Assembly (NCBI GenBank): GCA_046292385.1
Contig: JBKBRF010000070.1
Location: 1-25,496, forward strand
Direction: 5' to 3'
Source of the DNA: Armatimonadota bacterium
GTDB taxonomy: Bacteria > Armatimonadota > SYMT01
Length of the DNA: 25,496 nt
Every line of letters begins with the position of its first letter. The stretch's first letter is position 1. The notes below the pieces were generated by a model. It was not told where the DNA came from and made no database searches. It saw nothing but the letters and a program-made list of their open reading frames with translations. Shown here one piece after another: positions 16,517-25,496 of the stretch. The position numbers and the translations under genes are program-made.

Positions 16517-17200
16517 GTGAAGATTCTGCTGGTGGAAGATGAGGCCCCGATCGCGGCGGTGGTGAAGCGGGGATTGGAATCCGCGCGGTACCAGGTCGAC
16601 GTCGCCGCGGACGGCGAGACCGGGCTGCGGCGGGCGCTTTCCGGTGAGCACGACCTGGTGATCCTGGACGTGATGCTGCCCGGGCGGGACGGCATGAGCA
16701 TCTGCGAGACGCTCCGCTCGCGGCGAAGCACCGTGCCGATCCTGATGCTCACCGCCCGGGATGCGGTAGCGGACCGCGTCCGCGGCCTGGAGACGGGCGC
16801 GGACGACTACCTCCCGAAGCCGTTCGACTTCACCGAGCTGCTGGCGCGGGTGCGGGCGCTGCTGCGGCGGGAGCGGGTCCATCGCGCGCGGATCATCCGC
16901 GTGGCCGACCTGGAGATCGACACCGTCGCCCGCCGCGTCCGGCGCGGGGAAGCCGAGGTGGCGCTGACACCGCGGGAGTACACGCTGCTGGAGGCGCTGG
17001 CCTCCAACGAGGGCCGCGTTCTCACCCGGGAGATGATCCAGGAGCGGGTCTGGATGGACGAGGAGAGCTACTCCAATACCGTAGACGTCCACATCGGACT
17101 GCTGCGGAAGAAGATCGACGCCGGCCGCGGCCAGAAGCTGATCCGCACCGTCCACGGCATGGGCTACATGCTCCAGGTGCCGGAGGCGCCGGCGCCGTGA
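16517..17200 (+). CDS. OmpR/PhoB-family response regulator
   Basis: ILLVEDE, phosphoacceptor ILDVMLPG, LMLTARD, GADDYLPKPF and winged helix LTPREY...NTVDVHI...IRTVHGMGY. Confidence 0.97.
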   Translation: MKILLVEDEAPIAAVVKRGLESARYQVDVAADGETGLRRALSGEHDLVILDVMLPGRDGMSICETLRSRRSTVPILMLTARDAVADRVRGLETGADDYLPKPFDFTELLARVRALLRRERVHRARIIRVADLEIDTVARRVRRGEAEVALTPREYTLLEALASNEGRVLTREMIQERVWMDEESYSNTVDVHIGLLRKKIDAGRGQKLIRTVHGMGYMLQVPEAPAP

Positions 17201-18801
17201 AGTGGCGCTCGTTCGGAGTACGGCTCACGCTCTGGAACGTCGCCGTCCTGGCGCTGATCCTGACCGGATTCGCGGGGGCGGTCTACTTCACGGTGGAGCG
17301 CAGCCTCTCCGCCGCGGTCGACCAGGAGCTGCTGAACCGCGCGCGCGGCGAGCTCCGGCGCTGGAACGCCCCACCTCCACCGCTGGGTCCCTTCGCCCGC
17401 CCTCCCGTGGGGGGCCCCGAGGGACCGCCGGAGCTGCCGTTCGAGCCGGGCATCGCCGTCCCGCCGCGGTTCCCCCAGAGGGGACCGGCTCCCGGCCCCG
17501 GAGAGCGGTTCCAGGGGCTGCCCCCGGGACCGCCGGGAGGTTTCCCCGGCGAGCGCGGCCGACCCCGCGCGCCCGACCGTGAGGGCTACCTGCGGCGGCC
17601 GCGGGTGCTGAGCCGGGAGGGAGAGCCGCTCAACCCGGACGCGACCGGCCCCTGGGATCCCGCCGCGTTCCGTCAGTCGCTCTCCGGGCGCACGGTCTAT
17701 TCGGTCGTCGAAGACGAGGGCGAGCCGATCCGCGTTCTCTCGCTGCCGGCGCGGCGCCGCGGCGAGATCGTCGCCGTCGTGCAGGTCGGTCATCCCCTCA
17801 CGGAGCAGCGGCGCCTCCTCGGCGGCCTCGCGCGCGCGCTGCTGATGCTGGTCCCGATCGCGCTGCTCCTCGCGGCGGGCGGCGCGCTCTTCCTGACGGG
17901 TCGGGCGCTCGGCCCGGTCCGGGAGGTGACCCAGGCCGCGGCCCAGCTCGGGGCAGACGACCTCTCCCGCCGCCTGCAGGTGACCGGCGACGACGAGCTC
18001 TCGCAGCTCGCCTCCACCTTCAACGGAATGCTCGCGCGCTTGGAGGAGGCGTTCACCCGTCTCGCCGCGGCGTACGAGCAGGAGCGGCGCTTCGCGGCCG
18101 ACGCCTCCCACGAGCTGCGGACCCCGCTCACCGTCATCAAGGCGAACACGAGCCTGATGCTGAGCGGGGAGTGGAGCGCGGAGGACTACCGGGAGGCGCT
18201 GCGCGCGGCCGACCAGGCGGCCGACTCGATGGGCCGCACGGTCCAGGACCTGCTGCTCCTCGCCCGCTCCGACGCACAGCAGCTGCCGCTCTCCACCCGC
18301 GCCGTGAGCCTGGCCGACGTGCTCGCCGAAGCGGAGCGCACCTACCGGGGACGCGGCGCGCGGCTGGTGGTCGAGACTCCCGCCGCCGGCCCGGTGGTAC
18401 TGGGCGACTTCCACTACCTCTCGCGACTGGTGGGAAACTTGGTGGAGAACGCCCTGCGCCACACGCCGGAGACCGGCACGATCCGTCTCTCCACGAACAG
18501 CTTCGGAGACCGCGCGCGGGTGGTGGTCGCCGACACCGGCGAGGGCATCCCCCCGGAGCACCTGCCGCACGTCACGGAGCGGTTCTACCGGGTCGACACC
18601 GCCCGCAGCCGCGAGCGGGGCGGCACCGGCCTGGGGCTGGCGATCTGCGACACGATCGCCCGCGCCCACGGAGGCAGCCTGCGTGTGGAGAGCCACCCGG
18701 GAGAGGGGACTACCGTGACGGTGGAGCTTCCGCAGTTGAGCGACAGCGCGCTGCCGACTTCCCCTGCAGCCTTGCCCGTGGCGGACAGCTCTCGCGTCTG
18801 A
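17197..18801 (+). CDS. HAMP-domain sensor histidine kinase
   Basis: Two TM segments, HAMP (DELSQLASTFNGML), H-box DASHELRTPL, N-box NLVENALRH, DTGEGI, RFYR, GGTGLGL. GTGA overlap with the regulator. Confidence 0.96.
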   Translation: MKWRSFGVRLTLWNVAVLALILTGFAGAVYFTVERSLSAAVDQELLNRARGELRRWNAPPPPLGPFARPPVGGPEGPPELPFEPGIAVPPRFPQRGPAPGPGERFQGLPPGPPGGFPGERGRPRAPDREGYLRRPRVLSREGEPLNPDATGPWDPAAFRQSLSGRTVYSVVEDEGEPIRVLSLPARRRGEIVAVVQVGHPLTEQRRLLGGLARALLMLVPIALLLAAGGALFLTGRALGPVREVTQAAAQLGADDLSRRLQVTGDDELSQLASTFNGMLARLEEAFTRLAAAYEQERRFAADASHELRTPLTVIKANTSLMLSGEWSAEDYREALRAADQAADSMGRTVQDLLLLARSDAQQLPLSTRAVSLADVLAEAERTYRGRGARLVVETPAAGPVVLGDFHYLSRLVGNLVENALRHTPETGTIRLSTNSFGDRARVVVADTGEGIPPEHLPHVTERFYRVDTARSRERGGTGLGLAICDTIARAHGGSLRVESHPGEGTTVTVELPQLSDSALPTSPAALPVADSSRV

Positions 18802-18824
18802 GAGAAGCCACTCCCGCGGAAGAC

Positions 18825-18971
18825 TTTGGAGTGCGGGAGCCATGCTCCCGCTTTCGGCTGCCGGGCGGGGTGCAAGCCTGCGGCGCAGCGGTGGCGAGCT
18901 CCGAATCTCCGGTGACATCGGGGGGAGCCGGGAAGCTCCCCCAAAGCGGAAGCAAGCTTCCGCACTCCAAA
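18825..18971. repeat. Inverted REP pair (REPIN-like)
   Basis: TTTGGAGTGCGGGAGCCATGCTCCCGCTTT (18825..18854) and the reverse complement of 18943..18971, TTTGGAGTGCGGAAGCTTGCTTCCGCTTT. Each is a GGAG-preceded hairpin. Confidence 0.85.
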
Positions 18972-19002
18972 TCCTGAGCCGGGGGGCGCTGCGCGCTGTC
19001 GA

Positions 19003-19464
19003 TCAGCTCTCCCGCAGCGCGGCCAGCACCTGTTCGGCGTGGCCGTTGACCTTGACCTTGGGCCAGACCTGCGCGATGCGGCCTTCCTCGTCGATCAGGA
19101 AGGTGGTGCGCTCCACGCCCATGTAGGTCTTCCCGTACATCGACTTCTCTTTCCAGACGCCGTATTCGGTCGCTACCGCGGCGCCTTCGTCGGCGAGGAG
19201 GGAGAACGGGAGGGCGTGCTTCTCCGTGAACCTCTGGTGGCTCTTCACCGGGTCCGGGCTGATGCCGAGCAGCACCGCACCGGCGGCTTGCAGCTCGGCG
19301 TAGCGGTCGCGGAAGTCGCATGCTTCCTGCGTGCAGCCGGGGGTCAGGTCCTTCGGGTAGAAGTAGAGGACCACTTTCCGGCTGCGGAGGTCGGAGAGAC
19401 GGACCGGCTCACCGTCGGTCGCCGGGAGCGTGAAGTCAGGGGCGAGGTCACCAATCTGCGGCAT
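19003..19464 (-). CDS. bcp: Thioredoxin-dependent peroxiredoxin BCP/PrxQ
   Basis: [42 protein letters not shown]. Start MPQIG at 19464 with GGAG upstream. Confidence 0.95.
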   Translation of the reverse strand: MPQIGDLAPDFTLPATDGEPVRLSDLRSRKVVLYFYPKDLTPGCTQEACDFRDRYAELQAAGAVLLGISPDPVKSHQRFTEKHALPFSLLADEGAAVATEYGVWKEKSMYGKTYMGVERTTFLIDEEGRIAQVWPKVKVNGHAEQVLAALRES

Positions 19465-19481
19465 CGGCTTGGATCTCCAGA

Positions 19482-19786
19482 ATCCGAACCGTTTTACCAC
19501 GGAGAACACGAGGGCACAGAGAGGGAGCCAGAGAGGATGGGGCCTGGTCGGTCCGCTTTGCGAGTCCCGTGCTGCGGCCCCGGTCCGAACCTGATTCACC
19601 GCAGAGGGCGCTGAGGGCGCAGAGGGAACGCGGAGAGGGCACCCAGAGTTCAGGACTGATCCGCTGACGAGTCCATGTGCGGCCCCGGAGTATCTCCTTC
19701 TGGCTCCCCTCTCTGCGTCCTTTGCGCTCTCCGCGGTAAGTCCGGTTCGGATGGGTCGGCGTCTCTACGGTGAATAACGGTTCGGG
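19482..19786. repeat. Cluster of CCGAACC...ACCGCAGAG repeat units (element copy A)
   Basis: Forward units at 19482 and 19583 (~101-bp period with a shared spacer), reverse units at ~19692..19752 and 19760..19786. Confidence 0.85.
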
Positions 19787-19797
19787 CACCTATCGAC

Positions 19798-19803
19798 TAT
19801 AAT
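19798..19803 (+). promoter_or_regulatory. Candidate -10 box for gcvT
   Basis: Perfect TATAAT 48 nt upstream of the gcvT ATG in GC-rich DNA. No good -35. Confidence 0.5.
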
Positions 19804-19851
19804 TCGGGCGGCGCCGCGATTGGCGCTGCCGCGATCCCCAGGCAGGTCGAC

Positions 19852-20949
19852 ATGTCAGAGACCCCGCTCCGCAGGACCCCGCTTTACGAGACCCACGCCG
19901 CTCTCGGCGCCCGGCTGGTGCCGTTCGCGGGGTGGGAGATGCCGGTCCAGTATTCCGGCGTCATCGACGAGGTGAACGCCGTCCGCACCTCCGCGGGGCT
20001 GTTCGACGTCTCGCACATGGGCGAGCTGCACGTGAGCGGACCGGCGGCGCTGGCGTGGCTCAACTCCGTCACCACCAACGACGTCTCTCGCCTGCAGCCG
20101 GGCCGCGCGCACTACTCTCTGCTGCTGGACGAAGAGGCGGGGATTCTGGACGACATCCTGGTCTACTGCGTCGACACCGAGACGTTCATGGTGGTGGTGA
20201 ACGCCGGCAACGCGGAGAAGGCGCGGCAGTGGCTGGAAGGGCACGTGGTCCCGGGGGTCACGCTGGAGGATTCCTCCGACGTCACGGCACTGATCGCGCT
20301 GCAAGGCCCGGCGGCGCGGGAGGTGCTGCAGCCGCTCTGCTCCGGGCCGCTGAACGAGCTGCGCCGCTTCGGGTTCGCCGCGGGAGAGGTGGCCGGCATT
20401 CCTTGCGTCGTCTCCCGGACCGGCTATACCGGGGAGGACGGATTCGAGCTCTTCACCCAGGGTGACGTCACCGCCCTCTGGAACGCGCTGCTGGAAGCGG
20501 GCGGCGGGCGCGTGAAGCCGTGCGGGCTGGGAGCGCGGGACGTGCTGCGCATCGAGGCGGGCAACGTGCTCTACGGCCACGAGATCTGGGAAGAGGTGAA
20601 CCCGCTTTCCTCCGGCCTGATGTGGGTGGTAAAGATGGAGAAGGGGCCGTTCATCGGGCGGGACCGGCTGCAGGAGTACGTGCAGGCGGGGGCCGCGCTG
20701 GTGCTGGCCGGCCTCACCAGCACCACCCGCGCGATCCCGCGGCAGGAGTACGTGATCCGGAGCGGCGGGGAAGACGTCGGCTTCGTAACCAGCGGCACCT
20801 TCTCGCCCACGTTGAGCAAGCCGATCGGCATGGGCTACCTGCCGCCCGAGCTGGCCGAGCCCGGCACCGAAGTCTCCGTGGTGATCCGCGAGCGGGAAGA
20901 GAAGATGGTGGTGACGGAGCTGCCGTTCTACCGCGCCCAGCGGCAGTGA
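19852..20949 (+). CDS. gcvT: Glycine cleavage system aminomethyltransferase T
   Basis: [59 protein letters not shown]. Confidence 0.97.
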   Translation: MSETPLRRTPLYETHAALGARLVPFAGWEMPVQYSGVIDEVNAVRTSAGLFDVSHMGELHVSGPAALAWLNSVTTNDVSRLQPGRAHYSLLLDEEAGILDDILVYCVDTETFMVVVNAGNAEKARQWLEGHVVPGVTLEDSSDVTALIALQGPAAREVLQPLCSGPLNELRRFGFAAGEVAGIPCVVSRTGYTGEDGFELFTQGDVTALWNALLEAGGGRVKPCGLGARDVLRIEAGNVLYGHEIWEEVNPLSSGLMWVVKMEKGPFIGRDRLQEYVQAGAALVLAGLTSTTRAIPRQEYVIRSGGEDVGFVTSGTFSPTLSKPIGMGYLPPELAEPGTEVSVVIREREEKMVVTELPFYRAQRQ

Positions 20950-21153
20950 TCCGGGAATTCACCGCAGAGACGCAGAGGACGCGGAGAGAACCCGAACTTT
21001 ATAACCGCCAAGATCGCAGAGGACGCGAAGAGGAACCGGAAGAGACAAACCCCGGAGCCGCTGCACGGAATCCGGTAAGCGGGCCCGGCCCTGCCCTCAT
21101 GGTCCGGTTCTCTCTGCGCTCTCCGCGGCTCTGCGGTGAATCTGGTTCGGATC
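20948..21153. repeat. Cluster of the same repeat units (element copy B, inverted relative to A)
   Basis: Forward units at 20948 (TTCACCGCAGAGACGCAGAGGACGCGGAGAG) and 20991, reverse unit at 21103..21153. The internal spacer resembles the reverse complement of the spacer in copy A. Confidence 0.85.
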
Positions 21154-21205
21154 GATCCCCTGCCCGGATACAACCGTCTGGCTTCCCATTCTTGAACCTT
21201 TAGAC

Positions 21206-22540
21206 ATGGCGTATACCCCCCACACTCCCGATCAGAAGTCCGAGATGCTCCGCTCGCTGGGGCTGGAGCGCGTGGAGCAGCTCTTCCAGGAGCAGATCCC
21301 CGACAAGCTGCTGCTGGAGCGGCCGCTCGACCTGCCCTCCGCGATGAGCGAGATCGAGGTGCGGCGGCACTTCCAGGACCTGGCAAGCTGCAACGTGGAG
21401 GCGGGGAGCCAGGCCTGCTTCCTGGGCGCGGGGATCTACGACCACTACGTGCCGAGCGTGGTGCCGACGATCATCCTGCGCGGGGAGTACCACACCGCGT
21501 ACACCCCGTACCAGCCGGAGCTGAGCCAGGGCACGCTGCAGGCGATCTTCGAGTTCCAGACGATGATCAGCGCCCTCACCGGGATGGACGTCGCCAACGC
21601 CTCGATGTATGACGGCGCCACCGCGTTCGCGGAAGCGGTGATCCTGGCGGCCGGCTCCACCAACCGGGACGAGGCGGTGCTGGTGAACGTCCACCCTGCC
21701 TGGGTCCAGGTGACGCACACCTACGTGGAAGGCCTCGGCATCCGCGTGGTGGAGGCACCGGTCACCTCCGGCGTGGCCGATCTCGACTGGCTGCGGGAGA
21801 AGGTCGGCTCCGGGACCGCGGTCGTAGCCGTGCAGCAGCCGAACTTCTTCGGCGGGATCGAAGACCTGAAGGCGCTGGCGGACCTCGCCCACGGTGCCGG
21901 CGCGCTGCTGGTGGTCGGCGCCAACCCGATCTCCCTCGGCCTGCTGGAGGCACCCGGCACGCTCGGGGCGGACATCGCGGTGGGGGAGGGGCAGCCGCTG
22001 GGGCTGGGGATGAACTTCGGCGGGCCGCTGGTCGGCTACTTCGCCGCCAAGAACAAGTACCTGCGCCAGATGCCGGGCCGCCTGGTCTCCCAGACGAAGG
22101 ACCGCGAGGGACGCAACGGCTTCGTGCTGACGCTGCAGACGCGGGAGCAGCATATCCGCCGGGAGCGCGCGACGAGCAACATTTGCACCAACCAGGGGCT
22201 GATGATGCTGGCGGCGACCGTCTACCTCTCCACGATGGGGAAGCAGGGCGTGCGCGAGGTGGCCGCCCAGTGCGTGCAGAAGGCGCACTACGCGGCGGAG
22301 CGGTTCGCCTCCGTCCCGGGCTACCGCCTGAAGTTCCAGGCGCCGTTCTTCCACGAGTTCGTGCTGCAGTGCCCCGGCGACGCCGCGGAGGTGGCCGACC
22401 GCCTCACCGACTACGGTATCCTGGCCGGCTACCCGCTCGGCCGGCACTACCCGGAGCTGGCGGACTGCCTGCTGGTGGCGGTCACCGAGAAGCGCACGCA
22501 GGAAGAGATCGACAAATTCTACGAGGCGCTGAAAGCCTGA
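21206..22540 (+). CDS. gcvPA: Glycine dehydrogenase (decarboxylating) subunit 1
   Basis: FLGAGIYDHY, TAYTPYQPELSQGTLQAIFEFQT, ANASMYDGATA, LQTREQHIRRERATSNICTNQ. Confidence 0.97.
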   Translation: MAYTPHTPDQKSEMLRSLGLERVEQLFQEQIPDKLLLERPLDLPSAMSEIEVRRHFQDLASCNVEAGSQACFLGAGIYDHYVPSVVPTIILRGEYHTAYTPYQPELSQGTLQAIFEFQTMISALTGMDVANASMYDGATAFAEAVILAAGSTNRDEAVLVNVHPAWVQVTHTYVEGLGIRVVEAPVTSGVADLDWLREKVGSGTAVVAVQQPNFFGGIEDLKALADLAHGAGALLVVGANPISLGLLEAPGTLGADIAVGEGQPLGLGMNFGGPLVGYFAAKNKYLRQMPGRLVSQTKDREGRNGFVLTLQTREQHIRRERATSNICTNQGLMMLAATVYLSTMGKQGVREVAAQCVQKAHYAAERFASVPGYRLKFQAPFFHEFVLQCPGDAAEVADRLTDYGILAGYPLGRHYPELADCLLVAVTEKRTQEEIDKFYEALKA

Positions 22541-22570
22541 TCTAACGGCTGGTGTAGAGGAAGCGACGTG

Positions 22571-24073
22571 ATGGAACCGTTGAAGGAAGTAAACCAGGCG
22601 ACCGAGCCGTTGATCTACGAGATGTCGGTACCGGGGCGGGTCGGCTACTCGCTGCCGAAGCTCGACGTCCCGGCGGCGGACACCGCCTCGCTCTTGCCCG
22701 GCGTGGCGCTGCGGGGCGACCTACCGCTGCCGGAGGTGAGCGAGCTGGAGGTGGTGCGCCACTTCGTGCGGATGAGCCAGAAGAACCACGCCATCGACAC
22801 CGGCTTCTACCCGCTCGGCTCCTGCACGATGAAGTACAACCCCAAGATCAACGAGGAGGTAGTCCGCTACCCCGGGATCGCGGAGTGCCACCCGTACCAG
22901 CCGGAGGAGCAGGTGCAGGGCGAGCTGGCGCTGATGTGGGCGCTGGAGCAGCTTCTGTGCGAGGTGGCGGGGATGGAGCGCGCCACGCTGCAGCCCGCCG
23001 CCGGCGCCGCCGGGGAGTTCACGGGCCTGCTGATCATCCGCGCCTACCACCGCTCCCGCGGCGAAGAGCAGCGCGACACCGTGATCGTGCCGGACTCGTC
23101 GCACGGCACCAACCCCGCTACGGCCGCCCGCTGCGGGTTCAAGACGGTCTCCGTGAAGTCGAACGCGCAGGGACGCGTCGACGTAGAGGCGTTGAAGGCG
23201 GTCGTGAACGAGCGGACCGCCGGCATCATGCTGACGAACCCGAACACGCTCGGCCTGTTCGAGACCGACATCGAGGAGATCGCGCAGATCGTCCACGACG
23301 CCGGGGGGCTGCTCTACATGGACGGCGCGAACATGAATGCCATCCTGGGAGTCACCCGACCCGGCGAGATGGGCTTCGACGTGATGCACTTCAACCTGCA
23401 CAAGACGATGTCGACCCCGCACGGCGGCGGTGGCCCCGGCTCCGGGCCGGTCGCGGTGAAGGAGTTCCTGGCCCCGTTCCTGCCAACGCCGACCGTCGTC
23501 CGCGAGGGGGACCGCTACCGGCTGGAGTACGACCTGCCGGACTCCATCGGCAAGGTCCACGGCTTCTACGGCAACTTCGGCATCTCCGCCCGCGCCTACG
23601 CCTACATGCGCACCCAGGGCCGCGAGGGGCTGCGCGAGGTGAGCGAGATGGCGGTACTGAACGCGAACTACCTGGCGCAGCAGCTCGCGGAGGCATTCAG
23701 CTTCCCGCACGGCACCCGCTGCATGCACGAGTTCGTTCTCTCCGCCGACCGGCAGAAGGCGCTCGGCGTCTCCGCGCTCGACGTCGCCAAGCGGCTGATG
23801 GACTTCGGCTTCTATCCGCCGACGATCTACTTCCCGCTGATCGTGCCGGAGGCGATGATGATCGAGCCGACCGAAACGGAGACGCCGGAGACGCTCGATC
23901 GCTTCGCGGCGGTGATGAACCAGATCGCGGAAGAGGCGAAGACGAGTCCCGAGCTGGCGAAGGAAGCCCCGCACCACGCGCCGGTGCGGCGCCTGGACGA
24001 GGTGACCGCCGCCCGCAACCCGGTGCTCGCGTTCAACTGCTGCGCCCCCGTGTCGGCCCCCGGCACGCAGTAA
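22571..24073 (+). CDS. gcvPB: Glycine dehydrogenase (decarboxylating) subunit 2
   Basis: [31 protein letters not shown] lysine motif [25 protein letters not shown]. Start is ATG22571 or GTG22568. Confidence 0.97.
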   Translation: MEPLKEVNQATEPLIYEMSVPGRVGYSLPKLDVPAADTASLLPGVALRGDLPLPEVSELEVVRHFVRMSQKNHAIDTGFYPLGSCTMKYNPKINEEVVRYPGIAECHPYQPEEQVQGELALMWALEQLLCEVAGMERATLQPAAGAAGEFTGLLIIRAYHRSRGEEQRDTVIVPDSSHGTNPATAARCGFKTVSVKSNAQGRVDVEALKAVVNERTAGIMLTNPNTLGLFETDIEEIAQIVHDAGGLLYMDGANMNAILGVTRPGEMGFDVMHFNLHKTMSTPHGGGGPGSGPVAVKEFLAPFLPTPTVVREGDRYRLEYDLPDSIGKVHGFYGNFGISARAYAYMRTQGREGLREVSEMAVLNANYLAQQLAEAFSFPHGTRCMHEFVLSADRQKALGVSALDVAKRLMDFGFYPPTIYFPLIVPEAMMIEPTETETPETLDRFAAVMNQIAEEAKTSPELAKEAPHHAPVRRLDEVTAARNPVLAFNCCAPVSAPGTQ

Positions 24074-24157
24074 GCGCTCGTCCGCCGACGTTTCGAAGGC
24101 GGACCGGACGTGGGTAACCCCGGTTGGGCGCGGCTGTCGCGTGGCAGGGGGAATAGG

Positions 24158-25276
24158 ATGATCATCGGGGTTCCGACCGAAGTCAAGTCCGACGAGTACC
24201 GCGTCTCGGTGGTGCCGGCGGGGGTGGAGATCCTGACGCGGGCCGGGCACACCGTCCTGGTCCAGAGCGGGGCGGGACTCGGCACCAGCATCACCGACGC
24301 GGAGTACGCGGCCCACGGCGCCCGCATCGTGGAGACGGCAGCCGAGGTTTGGGGCGCGGCCGACCTGATCGTCAAGGTGAAGGAGCCGGTCGACTCCGAG
24401 TTCCCCCTGGTCCGGCGGGGGCAGGTGCTCTTTACCTACTTCCACCTGGCGGCCAGCGAGGCGCTCACCCGAACGCTGATGGAGCGGGGCTGCGTCTGCA
24501 TCGCCTATGAGACGATCCAGGACGACGACGGCACCCTGCCGCTCCTCACTCCGATGAGCGAAGTGGCGGGCCGCATGGCGATCCAGGAGGGTGCCAAGTT
24601 CCTGGAGCGGCCCCAGCTCGGCCGCGGCATCCTGCTCTCCGGCGTCCCCGGCGTCCCGCCCGCGAAGATCGTGATTCTGGGCGGAGGGGTGGTGGGGCTG
24701 AACGCCGCCAAGATCGCCGCCGGCATCGGCGCGCTGGTGACGATCCTCGACGTCAACCTGGAGCGGCTGCGCTACCTGGACGACGTGATGCCGCAGAACG
24801 TCTTCACCCTCTACTCCAACCCGGCGAATATCCGCCGGATGCTGGGGGAGGCCGACCTCCTGATCGGCGCCGTGCTGGTGCGCGGCGACCGCGCCCCCGT
24901 ACTTGTCACGCGAGAGATGCTCGGCCTGATGAAGCAGGGCGCGGTGATCGTCGACGTGGCGGTCGACCAGGGCGGCTGCGTGGAGACGATCCGCCCGACC
25001 ACGCACACCCACCCGACTTATACGGTCGACGGCATCGTCCACTACGCGGTCGCCAACATGCCGGGAGCGGTCGCCGGCACCAGCACTTACGCCCTCACCA
25101 ACGTGACGCTGCCGTACCTGAAACAGCTCGCCGACCTCGGCTGGCGGGACGCGCTCCGAGCCAACCCCGCGCTCTGCAAGGGGCTCAACGTCGCTGACGG
25201 CAAGGTCACCTTCGCCCCGGTGGCGGAGCTCTTCGGCCTCCCCTCCGCCGAGCCGGGGACGCTCCTGGCAGATTAG
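24158..25276 (+). CDS. ald: Alanine dehydrogenase
   Basis: MIIGVPTEVK..EYRV, IVKVKEP, LFTYFHLA, LPLLTPMSEVAGR, GGGVVG, DVAVDQGG, HYAVANMPGAV. Confidence 0.97.
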   Translation: MIIGVPTEVKSDEYRVSVVPAGVEILTRAGHTVLVQSGAGLGTSITDAEYAAHGARIVETAAEVWGAADLIVKVKEPVDSEFPLVRRGQVLFTYFHLAASEALTRTLMERGCVCIAYETIQDDDGTLPLLTPMSEVAGRMAIQEGAKFLERPQLGRGILLSGVPGVPPAKIVILGGGVVGLNAAKIAAGIGALVTILDVNLERLRYLDDVMPQNVFTLYSNPANIRRMLGEADLLIGAVLVRGDRAPVLVTREMLGLMKQGAVIVDVAVDQGGCVETIRPTTHTHPTYTVDGIVHYAVANMPGAVAGTSTYALTNVTLPYLKQLADLGWRDALRANPALCKGLNVADGKVTFAPVAELFGLPSAEPGTLLAD

Positions 25277-25343
25277 CCGCGACGGGCTCGATTGGTCCCC
25301 CGACCGGCCCCTCTCCCGATTGCCGTACGATCCCGCTTCTCCG

Positions 25344-25496
25344 GATACTGTTGGCGAAATCAGCAGGGCAGGAGAATTACCGGCGCGCGAGCACTCCGGC
25401 GAGATTCCCCTGGCGGGGAAGCGGTGGCAAGTGTCACACGCTGTAAAGTTGGTGCGCCCCGGGGCGCAGAGTATGTTTTGCCGGCTGCAGGGCGGG
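25344..25496. repeat. Right copy of the long inverted repeat matching 22..174, truncated by the window end
   Basis: Reverse complement matches 22..174 with 7 mismatches. The last 84 bp are identical. Confidence 0.97.

Noticed and set aside
19465..19599. N-terminal extension of bcp
   Set aside because: Runs through the repeat element. The family-typical start is at 19464.
19664..19690. CTGACGAGTCC resembling a hammerhead ribozyme core
   Set aside because: No closing stem II and no downstream GAAA.
19600..19851. Glycine riboswitch upstream of gcvT
   Set aside because: The GGAGAG-like words belong to the repeat element, the other conserved aptamer motifs are absent, and the TATAAT position implies a leader of only about 40 nt.
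19482..21153. CRISPR array interpretation of the repeats
   Set aside because: Units are degenerate, occur in both orientations, have similar rather than unique spacers, and no cas genes are present.
25452..25496. GTGCG as a group II intron 5' end
   Set aside because: Similarity between the two copies continues about 105 bp upstream of GTGCG, which is not expected for independent intron insertions.

Overview
GC-rich bacterial segment, probably a whole contig, with about 21 protein-coding genes. The gene content (copper-amine-oxidase-N-domain surface protein, secreted GH42-like protein, outer-membrane barrel) is compatible with Armatimonadota, but that is inference. Left to right: (1) a four-gene small-molecule cluster of SAM methyltransferase, FAD oxidoreductase, SRPBCC cyclase and a lone FabF/KS-alpha-like ketosynthase, with no ACP or chain-length factor; (2) a REP-rich spacer and a large secreted repeat protein; (3) a sigma70 promoter, then a DUF2946-like leader ORF (TM, CxxC, C-terminal RGPP stall motif), a His-rich outer-membrane barrel and a ZnuABC-type transporter whose permease gene overlaps mutY, followed by a mutT-like gene; (4) a small orphan ORF, a secreted glycoside-hydrolase-like protein, an OmpR/HAMP two-component pair and bcp; (5) gcvT, gcvPA, gcvPB and ald, with gcvH absent and gcvT flanked by two inverted copies of a ~165-bp repeat element. 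The two window ends are a ~153-bp, 95% identical inverted repeat of unknown nature. The best candidates for new biology are the putative metal-sensing arrest peptide upstream of a porin plus Zn-type ABC operon, the CLF-less KS/cyclase cluster, and the repeat systems. No tRNA, rRNA, CRISPR array or transposase was recognised.
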